Assembly (NCBI RefSeq): GCF_046299595.1
Contig: NZ_JBKBHQ010000001.1
Span: 1,700,736-1,764,735, forward strand
From: Brevundimonas sp.
Lineage (GTDB): Bacteria; Pseudomonadota; Alphaproteobacteria; Caulobacterales; Caulobacteraceae
Direction: 5' to 3'
Length of the DNA: 64,000 nucleotides
Shown here: one piece after another, positions 52,839 to 64,000 of the stretch
Layout of the letters: each line of letters starts with the position of its first letter
Numbering within the stretch: position 1 is the stretch's first letter
Notes under the pieces: generated by a model
The model's input: the letters and a program-made list of their open reading frames with translations, nothing else
What the model was told of the DNA's origin: nothing
Databases searched by the model: none
Made by a program: the position numbers and the translations under genes

Positions 52839-53237
52839 ATGATCGGCTATGTGACCCTGGGCACCAACGATCTGGAGCGCGCGGCCAGATTCTATGACGC
52901 CATTGCGGCCAGGATGGGCACGCGGCGCATGATGGAGTGGCCCGGCGCCATCGCCTGGGGCGAGCCGGGCGGCGGCGCGGGCATCGGCCTGACCGCGCCC
53001 TTCGACGGCAAGCCCGCCAGTGTCGGCAACGGCGTGATGGTGGCGCTGGGCGCGCGCGATCCGGCCCATGTCGACGAGATCTATGCCTGCGCCATCGAGA
53101 ACGGAGCCACCTGCGAGGGCAAGCCCGGCCCGCGCGGCACGGGCTTTTATGCGGCCTATTTCCGCGACCCGGATGGCAACAAGCTCAATGCCTTCTGCAT
53201 GGGCGCTGCCGCCGAGGCGGCTTCCGCGGCGAAGTGA
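52839..53237 (+). CDS. VOC/glyoxalase family protein
   Basis: MIGYVTLGTNDLERA..FYD, GNGVMVAL, FYAAYFRDPDGNKL. Confidence 0.9.
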   Translation: MIGYVTLGTNDLERAARFYDAIAARMGTRRMMEWPGAIAWGEPGGGAGIGLTAPFDGKPASVGNGVMVALGARDPAHVDEIYACAIENGATCEGKPGPRGTGFYAAYFRDPDGNKLNAFCMGAAAEAASAAK

Positions 53238-53665
53238 GCCCGTTTCGGCGCGATCCGGCCTTCGAGTCCGGCTCGGTGCGGCTCGGCGATCTGCCCCTGT
53301 GCGAGGTTCGTCTTCAGGACGATGCGCGCTTCGGCTGGCTGATCCTCATTCCGCGACGCGCCGGGCTGGTCGAGGTGGCGGACCTGTCCGGGCGCGAGCG
53401 TGCCCTGCTGCTGGACGAGGCGGTAGCCGCAGGCGAGGCGCTGCGCGGTGCCTTTGCGGCCGACGGACGGCCCGTGGACAAGATCAACATCGCCAGCATC
53501 GGCAATGTCACCGCCCAGCTTCATGTGCACGTGGTGGCGCGCTGGCGGGACGATCCCTTCTGGCCCGATCCGGTCTGGGGCCGCCCCGGCCGGCAGCGGC
53601 GCACGGGCGAGGCCCATCAGGCGCTGTCGCGCGCCCTTGTCGCGGCCCTCGGGCTCGAGGTCTGA
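53234..53665 (+). CDS. HIT family protein
   Basis: DDARFGWLILIPR, KINIASIGNVTAQLHVHVVAR. Confidence 0.88.
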   Translation: MSPFRRDPAFESGSVRLGDLPLCEVRLQDDARFGWLILIPRRAGLVEVADLSGRERALLLDEAVAAGEALRGAFAADGRPVDKINIASIGNVTAQLHVHVVARWRDDPFWPDPVWGRPGRQRRTGEAHQALSRALVAALGLEV

Positions 53666-53686
53666 GAGGGGTGGCTTGCGCGCGCT

Positions 53687-54346
53687 TCAGCGGGCGCGGC
53701 GCAGGGTCATGTTCACACCGATGGGCTCGGCACCGGGCGCCTCGGAATAGGCGCCGCGCCAGAACCCGCCCTCCTGCCACAGCTCGAGCACGCGCTGTCT
53801 CCCGTCGCCGCGCAGGGTCAGGCTGAGGCGGCCATTGGCCAGGCGCGAGGTCTCGATATGGCCGATGCGCTGGTGCGGGTGATTGGGGTTCAGCTCGCGA
53901 AACGCGCCTTCCAGCAAGCTGGCGCCATCGTCGGTGATGAGCAGTTCCAGCAGGGGCTGACCATTGAGATCGGCGAGCTGCCAGTGGCCGTCGAGCGGGC
54001 CCATGGTGGCATCATAGCGCGCCTCGGCATCGCGCACGGCCTCGTGATAGCGCCGGTCGGCCTCGGCCAGCGGGCGCTCGAGCTGTCCGCGGTAGGCGTC
54101 CACCGACAGGCCCGGCTCGACCACGATGCGCACCGGCTCGGCGTCGAGATCGCCCTCGGGCTGGACCGGGGCGGGCCTGCCGAAGTTGGAGGGCGGCTCG
54201 TGGGGGCGTACACGCGGCGCGGCATAGGGCAGGGCGCTGCTGGGATGGGGAGCCGCCAGCGCTTCGGTCTCGGGCGCAGGCGCGCCAGAGGACGTTGGGT
54301 CATCGAGGGGCGCAAGCACCCCCATGGCCAGAAACAGCCCAAGCAT
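53687..54346 (-). CDS. Hypothetical exported protein
   Basis: Hydrophobic N-terminus, Pro-rich linker, genome-typical codon bias. Confidence 0.6.
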   Translation of the reverse strand: MLGLFLAMGVLAPLDDPTSSGAPAPETEALAAPHPSSALPYAAPRVRPHEPPSNFGRPAPVQPEGDLDAEPVRIVVEPGLSVDAYRGQLERPLAEADRRYHEAVRDAEARYDATMGPLDGHWQLADLNGQPLLELLITDDGASLLEGAFRELNPNHPHQRIGHIETSRLANGRLSLTLRGDGRQRVLELWQEGGFWRGAYSEAPGAEPIGVNMTLRRAR

Positions 54347-54677
54347 ATGGTCGGCTCGTCTCGATGGGGCGTCGGACCCTGTGTCCCGATCGCCCGGATG
54401 CGGTGTCGTCGATGTGGTGTCGTGTTATTGTTGAGGTCAGGCTAAGGGCGAAGCGCGTGCCTAGGCAAGGCTTGGCCCGCTCACATCGGCGTCAGATCAT
54501 TTCAGCGCGTAAGCCACAGCTCCTGCGCCAGCACGTCGCAGGCGGGTGGATCATCCGCCCCCGCGCCGGGTTCGTATGCAATATGGTGCAGGTGCGTTGA
54601 CTTTGGGGTGCCTTGCTCCCTATGCCAGTCCCGCGTGGCGGACACGCTTGATTTGCAAAGACTTGAGAACGGTTCGC

Positions 54678-55103
54678 ATGTCTCATTCCGGCCCCAGGCC
54701 CGATAGCCGACCGGCCCACAGGCCGCTTTCCCCCCACCTGCAGATATGGCGTTGGCATGTCACCATGCTGGCCTCGATCCTGCACCGGATGAGCGGCGCG
54801 GCCCTCTATGGCGGGCTGGTGCTGGTGGTGGTCTGGCTGGCGTGCCTGGCGGCGGGACCGGAAGCCTATGGCGTGTTCGCGGCCGTGTCGGGCTCGGTCT
54901 TCGGCCTGATCGTGTGGTTCCTGCTGACCCTGGCGCTCAGCTATCACCTGATGTCGGGCATCCGGCACCTGATCTGGGACACGGGCCGGGGGCTGGAGCC
55001 ACGGACCGCCTCGCTGCTGAGTACCGTCTCGATCCTCGCGGGGCTCGCCCTGGCCGTGGCCTTCTTTGCCGTGCTGATCGCCGAGGGGAGGGTGTCGCTG
55101 TGA
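54678..55103 (+). CDS. sdhC: Succinate dehydrogenase cytochrome b556 subunit
   Basis: RPLSPHLQIWRW...SILHRMSG...YHLMSGIRHLIWD. Confidence 0.94.
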   Translation: MSHSGPRPDSRPAHRPLSPHLQIWRWHVTMLASILHRMSGAALYGGLVLVVVWLACLAAGPEAYGVFAAVSGSVFGLIVWFLLTLALSYHLMSGIRHLIWDTGRGLEPRTASLLSTVSILAGLALAVAFFAVLIAEGRVSL

Positions 55104-55486
55104 GCAACAGGGCGTCTCTGGTGAAACAGGCCGAGGGCCATGGTGCCGCCGAATGGCTGAGGGAGCGGGTCTCCTCGCTGGTTCTGGTGGTCTTTACCGC
55201 CTGGGCGCTGTGGGCCGCCTACTCGGTGGCGGGCCAGCCGTTCGATGCGGTGGTAGCGTGGCTGTCCTCGCCGCTCAATGCGGGCGTGCTGCTGGCGGCC
55301 CTGATCATCAGCCTGTGGCATATGCACATGGGCATGGTGGTGATCATCGAGGACTATCTGCAAGGCGCGGCGCGCAAGGCCTGCATCCGCCTCAGCCTCG
55401 CCTTCTGCCTCGCGCTCGGCGCGGCGGCCCTGATCTGCACATTCATGCTGGCCACGGGCGCAGGCCCGGCCACCCCGGGAGCGTAA
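55100..55486 (+). CDS. sdhD: Succinate dehydrogenase membrane anchor
   Basis: [14 protein letters not shown]...[13 protein letters not shown]; GTG start overlapping the sdhC stop. Confidence 0.92.
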   Translation: MSNRASLVKQAEGHGAAEWLRERVSSLVLVVFTAWALWAAYSVAGQPFDAVVAWLSSPLNAGVLLAALIISLWHMHMGMVVIIEDYLQGAARKACIRLSLAFCLALGAAALICTFMLATGAGPATPGA

Positions 55487-55493
55487 TCGCGAG

Positions 55494-57278
55494 ATGGCAG
55501 CCTATTCCTTTGTCGATCATGCCTATGACGTGGTGGTGGTGGGAGCCGGAGGCTCGGGCCTGCGCGCCGCGCTCGGCTGCGCCCAGGCGGGGCTCAAGAC
55601 CGCCTGCGTGACCAAGGTGTTCCCGACCCGCTCGCACACGGTGGCGGCTCAGGGCGGCATCTCGGCGGCGCTGGGCAACATGGGCGAGGACGACTGGCGC
55701 TGGCACATGTTCGATACCGTGAAGGGCTCGGACTGGCTGGGCGATCAGGACGCCATCGAGTATCTGTGCCGCAACGCGCCCAAGGCCGTCTATGAGCTGG
55801 AGCACTGGGGCGTGCCCTTCTCGCGCACCGAGGAAGGCAAGATCTATCAGCGGGCCTTCGGCGGGATGACGCGCAACTTCGGCGAGGCACCCGTGCAGCG
55901 CACCTGTGCCGCCGCCGACCGCACCGGCCATGCGATCCTGCACACCCTCTATGGCCAGTCGGTGCGACGCGAGGTCGAGTTCTTCATCGAGTATTTCGCC
56001 CTCGACCTGATCATGGACGAGGGCGTGTGCAAGGGCATCACCGCCTGGAAGCTGGACGACGGCACCTTGCACCGCTTCCGCGCCAAGCAGGTGATCCTGG
56101 CTACCGGCGGCTATGGCCGGGCCTATTTCTCGGCCACCTCGGCGCACACCTGCACGGGCGATGGCAATGCCATGGTGCTGCGCGCGGGCCTGCCGCTTCA
56201 GGACATGGAGTTCGTCCAGTTCCACCCCACGGGCATCTATGGCGCAGGCTGCCTGATCACCGAGGGCGTGCGCGGGGAGGGTGGCTATCTGACCAACTCC
56301 GAGGGCGAGCGCTTCATGGAGCGCTATGCGCCCACCGTGAAGGACCTGGCGCCGCGCGACATGGTCAGCCGCTCCATGACCATCGAGATCCGCGAGGGTC
56401 GCGGCGTGGGCCCGAACAAGGACCACATCTTCCTGCACCTCGATCACCTCGATCCCAAGGTGATCCACCAGCGCCTGCCCGGCATCTCGGAGAGCGCGCG
56501 CATCTTTGCGGGCGTGGACGTGACCCGCGAGCCCATCCCCGTGATCCCGACCGTGCACTACAACATGGGCGGCATCCCCACGAACTACCACGGCGAGGTG
56601 CTGACCAAGGTGGGCGACGACGCCAATGCCGTGGTGCCGGGCCTGATGGCCGTGGGCGAGGCCGCCTGCGTCAGCGTGCACGGTGCCAATCGCCTCGGTT
56701 CCAACTCGCTGATCGACCTGGTGGTGTTCGGCCGTGCGGCGGGCCTGAGGGCAGGCGAGACGGTGGAGCGCGGTGCGGTGCCGGACGTCTCGGTCGCCAT
56801 GACCGAGAGCCATCTGGCGCGCCTCGACCGCTTCCGCCACGCCAATGGCTCGACCCCGACCGCGCGCCTGCGCCTCGACATGCAGAAGGCCATGCAGGAG
56901 GACGCCGCCGTGTTCCGCACCGGCGAGACCCTTCAGAACGGCGTGCGCCGCATCCGCGAGATCCATGCGCGCGGTGCCGACATCCGCACCACCGACCGGG
57001 GCATGATCTGGAACACCGATCTGGTCGAGACGCTGGAATATGACAATCTGATCGGTCAGGCCATCGTGACCATCGAAGGGGCGCTCAACCGTACGGAAAG
57101 CCGCGGCGCCCACGCCCGCGAGGACTATCCCGAGCGCGACGACACCCACTGGATGAAGCACACCCTCGCCTGGCTCGACGAGAGCCGGGGCGAGGCGAAG
57201 ATCGATTACCGCCCCGTGCACGACTACACGCTCAGCCAGGACGTCGATCCGATACCGCCGCGCAAGAGAACCTACTGA
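55494..57278 (+). CDS. sdhA: Succinate dehydrogenase flavoprotein
   Basis: [52 protein letters not shown]. Confidence 0.97.
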   Translation: MAAYSFVDHAYDVVVVGAGGSGLRAALGCAQAGLKTACVTKVFPTRSHTVAAQGGISAALGNMGEDDWRWHMFDTVKGSDWLGDQDAIEYLCRNAPKAVYELEHWGVPFSRTEEGKIYQRAFGGMTRNFGEAPVQRTCAAADRTGHAILHTLYGQSVRREVEFFIEYFALDLIMDEGVCKGITAWKLDDGTLHRFRAKQVILATGGYGRAYFSATSAHTCTGDGNAMVLRAGLPLQDMEFVQFHPTGIYGAGCLITEGVRGEGGYLTNSEGERFMERYAPTVKDLAPRDMVSRSMTIEIREGRGVGPNKDHIFLHLDHLDPKVIHQRLPGISESARIFAGVDVTREPIPVIPTVHYNMGGIPTNYHGEVLTKVGDDANAVVPGLMAVGEAACVSVHGANRLGSNSLIDLVVFGRAAGLRAGETVERGAVPDVSVAMTESHLARLDRFRHANGSTPTARLRLDMQKAMQEDAAVFRTGETLQNGVRRIREIHARGADIRTTDRGMIWNTDLVETLEYDNLIGQAIVTIEGALNRTESRGAHAREDYPERDDTHWMKHTLAWLDESRGEAKIDYRPVHDYTLSQDVDPIPPRKRTY

Positions 57279-57315
57279 TCATGGTCGAAATGCCCAGCTT
57301 TCAGGACAATCGCTG

Positions 57316-58113
57316 ATGGTGCAGCTTACGCTTCCCAAGGGCTCCAAGCCTGCCAAGGGCAAGGTCCACAAGGCCCCCGCCGGAGCCCAGAACGTCAAGA
57401 CCTACCGGATCTATCGCTATGATCCCGAGGTGGACGACAGCCCGCGCTGGGACGAATACGAGGTCTCGAGCGACGACCACGGCCCGATGCTGCTGGACGC
57501 CCTGATCCACATCAAGAACGAGATCGACCCCTCGCTCGCTTTCAGGCGCTCGTGCCGCGAGGGCATCTGCGGCTCGTGCTCGATGAACATCGACGGGCGC
57601 AACACGCTTGCCTGCACCAAGGGCTGGGACGAGTGCTCGGGCAGCACCATTTCCGTCGCCCCCCTGCCGCATCAGCCGGTGGTCAAGGATCTCGTCACCG
57701 ACCTGACGCTGTTCTACGCCCAGTACGACTCGATCCAGCCCTATCTTCAGTCCGACGAGCCCGATCCCGAGACCGAGCGGCTGCAGAGCCCCGAGGACCG
57801 CGAGAAGCTGGACGGCCTCTATGAATGCATCCTGTGCGCCTGCTGCTCGACCTCGTGTCCGAGCTACTGGTGGAACCAGAAGGAATATCTGGGCCCGGCA
57901 GCCCTGCTTCAGGCCTATCGCTGGCTGGCCGACAGCCGCGACGACGCCACCGATGCGCGGCTCGACGATCTGGAAGACCCGTTCAAGCTCTATCGCTGCC
58001 ACACCATCATGAACTGCGCCCAGGTGTGCCCCAAGGGCCTGAACCCCGCCAAGGCCATCGCCGAGACCAAGAAGATGATGGTCTCACCCAGCCGCAAGCA
58101 TCGCGCCACCTGA
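57316..58113 (+). CDS. sdhB: Succinate dehydrogenase iron-sulfur subunit
   Basis: [42 protein letters not shown]. Confidence 0.97.
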   Translation: MVQLTLPKGSKPAKGKVHKAPAGAQNVKTYRIYRYDPEVDDSPRWDEYEVSSDDHGPMLLDALIHIKNEIDPSLAFRRSCREGICGSCSMNIDGRNTLACTKGWDECSGSTISVAPLPHQPVVKDLVTDLTLFYAQYDSIQPYLQSDEPDPETERLQSPEDREKLDGLYECILCACCSTSCPSYWWNQKEYLGPAALLQAYRWLADSRDDATDARLDDLEDPFKLYRCHTIMNCAQVCPKGLNPAKAIAETKKMMVSPSRKHRAT

Positions 58114-58115
58114 CT

Positions 58116-59430
<1,315 letters not shown>

Positions 59431-59434
<4 letters not shown>

Positions 59435-60213
59435 AGGGCCATGATGGCGCGCACCGCGACATAGACCGCCACGATCAGGATCAGCCCGGCAAAGAGCCTG
59501 CGCCCCAGCACGACATTCTGGCCCAGCCTGCGCGCCAAGGGCAGGCCTGCGACGGTTCCGGCCACCCCGCCCAGGGTCATGGCGCCGACAAGCAGCGGAT
59601 CAACCCAGCCTGACAGCGCATAGTTGCCCGCCGTGGTGGCTCCGAACGCGGCGACGCTGAGCAGTGAGGCGGCCTGGGCGGCGGACAGGCTCATGCCCGT
59701 GGCGCTCATGAGGCCGGGCACGATCAGAAAGCCCCCGCCGATGCCGAAGAAGCCGGCCGCCGAGCCCACGCCTGCGCCGGTCAGAGAGAGGCGGGGCGTC
59801 ATGGCAAGGCTGAGGACCGGCTCGGGCCTAATCACGACGGGGCGCGGGCGCAGCATGGTCAGGCCCACCGCCGCCATGGCCACGGCAAAAGCGAGCAGAA
59901 GCTGCTGGCCGTCGATCATCTTGGCCAGGGACGAACCCGCCCATGCCCCGAGCGCGCCTGTGGCGGCGAACACGCTGGCACAGGGCCAGCGCACGCGGCC
60001 CGCCCGCGCATGACCTGCCAGGGCTGTGAGCGCATTGAGCGCCACGCCCGCTGCCGAGACGCCTATGGCCATGTGCGGCTCGCTGACGCCCACCACATAG
60101 AGCAGCAGGGGCACCGCCAGCACCGAGCCGCCGCCGCCGAACAGGGTCAGGAGAAAGGCGACGATGCCGCCCGAAAGCACGGCCAGCATAAGGGGAACAA
60201 GGTCGGTGACCAT
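59431..60213 (-). CDS. Sulfite exporter TauE/SafE family
   Basis: LFGGGGSVLAVPLL, GFFGIGGGFLIVPGL, about 8 TM segments. Confidence 0.9.
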
Positions 60214-60241
60214 GCGGGCAGCCTGTCAGGAAGGGAGGATT

Positions 60242-60766
60242 TCAGGCCCGGGCCGCGCGGTTCCATGGCATGACGGCCAGCAGGCGCGCCATGCCGCAGA
60301 AGCCGGTGGCACCCGCGACGAACAGCCCTGCACCGACGAAGGCCGACAGGCCCCAGAAGCCGGGGTGGACGAACAGGCCGAGCGCAGCACCGATCAGGAT
60401 CATGCCGCCTGCGGTCATCTGCACCTGGCGCATCAGCTCGATGGGCTGGGAGCGGTCCTTGCGGGTGGGCAGGCCCGCCGCCTTCCAGCCCTCCAGACCC
60501 CCCTCGACAACGAAGGCCTCGCCCTCGACGCTTTCGGCGAGCCTCACGCAGTTCATCTCGGTGCGGTTGCCGGTGCGGCAGGTGTAGATCACCTGCTGGC
60601 CCGGGCGCGCCCTCGGCGGAGCAAAGGCGGACAGGGGCAGGCTGATCGCCCCTTCGATGTGTTCGCGGGCGTGCTCGTCACGCTCGCGGATGTCGACCAG
60701 AACGGCGGTTCCGGCCTTGAGGCGGGCTGCGGCCTCGGCGGGTTTGACGGGGGTGAGCGTGCTCAT
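60242..60766 (-). CDS. Rhodanese + DUF2892 membrane protein (YgaP-like)
   Basis: LVDIRERDEHAREHI.GA, YTCRTGNRT, LEGGLEGW, then RQVQMTAG...GFCGMARLLAVMPWN. Confidence 0.9.
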   Translation of the reverse strand: MSTLTPVKPAEAAARLKAGTAVLVDIRERDEHAREHIEGAISLPLSAFAPPRARPGQQVIYTCRTGNRTEMNCVRLAESVEGEAFVVEGGLEGWKAAGLPTRKDRSQPIELMRQVQMTAGGMILIGAALGLFVHPGFWGLSAFVGAGLFVAGATGFCGMARLLAVMPWNRAARA

Positions 60767-61113
60767 GCTTCAGTCCTTTCTTGAGATTGAGTGCCTGGCG
60801 GGGGCGGGCAGAAGATCTCGGCCAGTACGGCGATGACCTTGAGCACCGCAGGGTCGGTGATGCGATAGAAGATGGCCGTGCCCTCGCGCCGCGTGCCCAC
60901 CAGACCTTCTTCGCGCAGGCGCGCCAGATGCTGGGACAGGGCCGACTGCGACAGGCCCACCAGAGGCAGAAGCTGGCTGACGGCCAGCTCGCGCTCGCCC
61001 AGCTGGCACAGGATCATCAGCCGTTTCTCGTTGGAGAGCGCGCGCATCAGGTCAGCGGCCTCACCGGCGCTGGCCTGGAAACGTTGCAGTCCGATGGTGT
61101 CGAGGTCGATCAT
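60763..61113 (-). CDS. ArsR/SmtB family repressor (BigR/SqrR-like)
   Basis: LMRALSNEKRLMILCQL, SQSALSQHLARLR, LAEIFC; two Cys in BigR-like positions. Confidence 0.88.
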   Translation of the reverse strand: MIDLDTIGLQRFQASAGEAADLMRALSNEKRLMILCQLGERELAVSQLLPLVGLSQSALSQHLARLREEGLVGTRREGTAIFYRITDPAVLKVIAVLAEIFCPPPPGTQSQERTEA

Positions 61114-61120
61114 GAGGCCA

Positions 61121-61159
61121 ATATATTCAGACTTGCTAAATAAGCAATAGCTAATATAT
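61121..61159. promoter_or_regulatory. AT-rich palindromic operator between the ArsR gene and the dioxygenase
   Basis: ATATATT-N5-TTGCT-AAATA-AGCAA-N5-AATATAT, symmetric about 61140. Confidence 0.7.
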
Positions 61160-61184
61160 AACCGAGAACGAGAGAGGAGATCCC

Positions 61185-62090
61185 ATGTCCCAGAAAATCC
61201 CCGCAGGCACTCATCTGTCGCGCTCCGACAATGGCCCCGACGTGCGCGGCTTCTTCGATCCGGCGACCCACACCATCACCTATCTGGTCAGCGACCCGGC
61301 CACGGCGAAGGCGGCGATCATCGATCCGGTGCTGGACTTCGAGGCGGCCAGTGCGCGCACCTCGACGCGCTCCATCGATGCGGTGCTGACCGCCATGAAG
61401 GAGGCCGGTCTGGAGCTTGATCTGGTTCTGGAAACCCATGCCCATGCCGACCACCTGAGCGCGGCCGAGCACCTGCGCCGCATGGCCGGGGTGCCCGTCG
61501 GCATCGGCGCGCACATCACCCGCGTGCAGTCGACCTTTGCGCCGCTGTTCGGTGCCCATGACGTGGGCGAGGACGGCGCGGTGTTCGATCGTCTATATCA
61601 GGACGGCGAGCGCTTCACCCTGGGCACCCTGAGCGTGGAGGTGCTGCACACTCCCGGCCACACCCCGGCTTGCGTCAGCTATCTGATCGGCGATGCCCTG
61701 TTCGTGGGCGATACGCTGTTCATGCCCGATTACGGCACCGCACGGGCCGATTTTCCCGGCGGCAGCGCCAGCACGCTCTATCGCTCCATCCAGCGCCTGC
61801 TGGCCCTGCCCGAAAACACCCGGATGTTCGTCGGCCACGACTATCTGCCCGAGGGGCGCAGCGACTATCGCTTCGAGACCACGGTGGGCGAGCAGCGCCG
61901 CAGCAACATCCATGTCGGCGGCGGCGTCACCGAGGAGGCGTTCGTGCAGATGCGAGAGGCGCGCGATGCAACACTGAAGGCGCCCCAGCTGATAATGCCT
62001 TCGCTGCAGATCAATATCCGCGCCGGCGCCCTGCCGCCGGAAGACGCCGATGGCCGACGCTATCTCAAGATGCCGCTGAACACCCTCTAG
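61185..62090 (+). CDS. MBL-fold persulfide dioxygenase (Blh/ETHE1-like)
   Basis: IIDPVLD, LETHAHADHLS, HTPGHTPAC, GDTLF.PD.GTARADFPGG, VGHDY. Confidence 0.9.
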   Translation: MSQKIPAGTHLSRSDNGPDVRGFFDPATHTITYLVSDPATAKAAIIDPVLDFEAASARTSTRSIDAVLTAMKEAGLELDLVLETHAHADHLSAAEHLRRMAGVPVGIGAHITRVQSTFAPLFGAHDVGEDGAVFDRLYQDGERFTLGTLSVEVLHTPGHTPACVSYLIGDALFVGDTLFMPDYGTARADFPGGSASTLYRSIQRLLALPENTRMFVGHDYLPEGRSDYRFETTVGEQRRSNIHVGGGVTEEAFVQMREARDATLKAPQLIMPSLQINIRAGALPPEDADGRRYLKMPLNTL

Positions 62091-62105
62091 CGAAAGGGCG
62101 CCGTT

Positions 62106-62942
62106 TCAGTCGGCGGGCATCCGGTTCTCGTTGATGGCGATGCGGCCGATCAGCCCGCGCACGATCAGGTCCAGCGCCGAGCCCTCGCGATAGTCCGCGG
62201 CGGCGACGAAGTTCACCCGGTCCTCGGAGATCAGGCGGTGAATCTTGTTGTGATCGCCCTGATTGCTGCGCGGGTCATAGACGGCGATGGAGAAGCCGCC
62301 CTTGGTGTGCATCATCTTCATGGTGGGCACATCCGTGTCGCCGTCGCCGATGAAGATCATGCGCGAAAACGGCACCGGGCGCTCCTCGTCGGGTATGAAG
62401 TGATTGATGCGCTCGTGCTCCCAGTGATTGTGCACGCCCTTGTTGATGCGGAACAGGTACTGGGTCTTGGTGGTGTAGTTGATGCCCACGGCGGGCCAGA
62501 CCGCTTCGTCCTTTTCGTCATAGGCGAATTTGGAGGCGAAGACGTGCCGGAAGGCGGGGCGGATGGGACAGCCCTCGATCATCTCCTCCAGCCCCGCCGA
62601 GATGATGTAATGCTCGATCTCGAGGCCGAAGCGCCTGCCGAACGCATTCATGCGCTCGAACCACGACATGTCCTTCAGCCCCTCGAACAGGGCCACCTCG
62701 CGGCCGTGAGCCTGAAGCGCCTGACGGGTCACGGGCACGCCGTTGTCGCGCGCCAGCTTCAGCATCATCTGCATGTACATCAGTATGCCGTCGCCATCGG
62801 CCGCCTCGGTGGCCCGTGCTGCCTCGGCCCAGAAGTCGGGGGTGCCCATGCCCACCGAGGGGATGAAGCTGACTTCCTGCATGTTGCCGCGCGCGAGCGT
62901 GCCGTCGAAGTCGTAGATCAGTGCGGTCTTGAGGGGGCGCAT
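62106..62942 (-). CDS. HAD-like hydrolase
   Basis: IYDFDGTL, YIISAG, TKTQ, FIGDGDTDVP. Confidence 0.85.
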   Translation of the reverse strand: MRPLKTALIYDFDGTLARGNMQEVSFIPSVGMGTPDFWAEAARATEAADGDGILMYMQMMLKLARDNGVPVTRQALQAHGREVALFEGLKDMSWFERMNAFGRRFGLEIEHYIISAGLEEMIEGCPIRPAFRHVFASKFAYDEKDEAVWPAVGINYTTKTQYLFRINKGVHNHWEHERINHFIPDEERPVPFSRMIFIGDGDTDVPTMKMMHTKGGFSIAVYDPRSNQGDHNKIHRLISEDRVNFVAAADYREGSALDLIVRGLIGRIAINENRMPAD

Positions 62943-62971
62943 GGACGCTCCTTGAGGGGCTGATGCCCGGT

Positions 62972-64000
62972 TCAGACCGAGCGCCTCTCCGATAGAAGGT
63001 CCGGGCCCTCCAGCGCAAGCTCGGGCGCGGCGGCATCGATGTGGGCGGCATCGGGCAGGTGCAGGGTGAAGGTCGCGCCCTTGCCCGGCTCGCTCTCCAC
63101 CGAGGCCCAGCCGCCATGCAGCTCGGTCAGGGCCTTGACCAGGGCGAGCGACAGGCCCGGCCCGCCGCGCTCGCGCTTGACGAACCGGTCGAACACGCTG
63201 GCCTGCAGGTGATAGGCGATGCCCCGGCCCGTGTCAGAGACATGGATGCGCGCCTCGGACGGCCCGAAATCGAGGCCGAGGGCCACCTCGCCGCCCTCGC
63301 CGACGGCGCGGATGGCATTGTCGATCAGGTGATCCACCGCCTGGGCGATGCGCCGGGCATCACCGCGGATCAGCCGCGCGGAGGGGGCCAGTTCGAGCCG
63401 CAGGCTGGCCCCCCGGCCCTCAATGCGCGGACGGGCGCGATAGGCGCAGTCCTCGAGCAGGGCGGCAAGGTTCACATCGCCGAGTGACAGCGCCATCTCG
63501 TCGGCGTCGATCTGGGCCATGTCCAGCACATCGTCGATGGAGCGCGCCAGATGGGTGGCGGCCACGCGGATGGCCCCGGCGTGCTGGCGCGAGCGCTCGT
63601 CCAGCCGGTCGCCGCTAAGCTCCAGCAGCTCGGCATAGCCCAGTATGGTGGTGAGCGGAGTGCGCAGTTCATAGGAGACATTGCCCACGAACTCGCGCTT
63701 GAGCGCCCGCGATTCCTCCAGCGCCGCCTCGCGCTGGGCCAAGGCCTGTTCCAGCTCGCGCCGCGCGGTGACATCCGAGAAGGCGACCAGGGTGGCCCCG
63801 TCCGGCAGGGGCCGGGTCAGCCAGGCGGCCACGCGCCCGTCGCTGAGCCGCGACTCCCCTGCGATGGGCACGCGGCTTTCGGGATCGGGGTCGGCGATGC
63901 GTGCCTTCAGCTCCATCCACAGGCCCGCATCGGGCAGGCGCGCGCGGGCGGCTTCGGCGAGCGAGTCGAAGTCTCGGTTCTCGTTGACCGCCTCGGGACG
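62972..64000 (-). CDS. divL: DivL-like atypical histidine kinase (5' end outside the window)
   Basis: PAS-like tail, then FVGNVSYELRTPL with Tyr at the His position; DTGRGI, GPGLSLAL. The frame is open to the window edge. Confidence 0.85.
   Translation of the reverse strand, partial: RPEAVNENRDFDSLAEAARARLPDAGLWMELKARIADPDPESRVPIAGESRLSDGRVAAWLTRPLPDGATLVAFSDVTARRELEQALAQREAALEESRALKREFVGNVSYELRTPLTTILGYAELLELSGDRLDERSRQHAGAIRVAATHLARSIDDVLDMAQIDADEMALSLGDVNLAALLEDCAYRARPRIEGRGASLRLELAPSARLIRGDARRIAQAVDHLIDNAIRAVGEGGEVALGLDFGPSEARIHVSDTGRGIAYHLQASVFDRFVKRERGGPGLSLALVKALTELHGGWASVESEPGKGATFTLHLPDAAHIDAAAPELALEGPDLLSERRSV

Noticed and set aside
62106-62942. HAD hydrolase as part of the sulfur module
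   Set aside because: It converges on the dioxygenase and follows divL on the same strand; no evidence of a functional link.

Overview
High-GC (~69%) chromosomal window from a Caulobacterales alphaproteobacterium, probably Caulobacter/Brevundimonas-like. The call rests on chvI-chvG-hprK-EIIA-HPr, a tacA-like sigma-54 activator beside pepF, a DriD-like WYL regulator, a DivL-like kinase with Tyr at the His position, and CtrA-box-like motifs. Most of the window is housekeeping: dapE/dapD/argB/engB/yidC/rnpA/rpmH, tRNA-Arg(ACG), pnt transhydrogenase, rpsU, bioB, ahcY, asd, zapE, mdh, sdhCDAB and a ferredoxin. I found no integrase, transposase, prophage or CRISPR array. Points of interest: (1) an outer-membrane beta-barrel gene with an amber stop exactly after its signal peptide; (2) a DriD-like regulator with a candidate operator and a small unknown divergent gene; (3) three extra genes inside the pnt operon, one of clearly low GC; (4) an orphan heparinase II/III + SpsF-aldo/keto-reductase fusion + SDR cassette; (5) an orphan TadG/vWA protein with a duplicated ~70-aa insert; (6) a 4x42-bp hairpin repeat between sdhB and the ferredoxin, plus several other short tandem repeats at gene junctions; (7) a persulfide-detoxification module with a palindromic operator. 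All family assignments come from motif recognition by eye; no searches were run.
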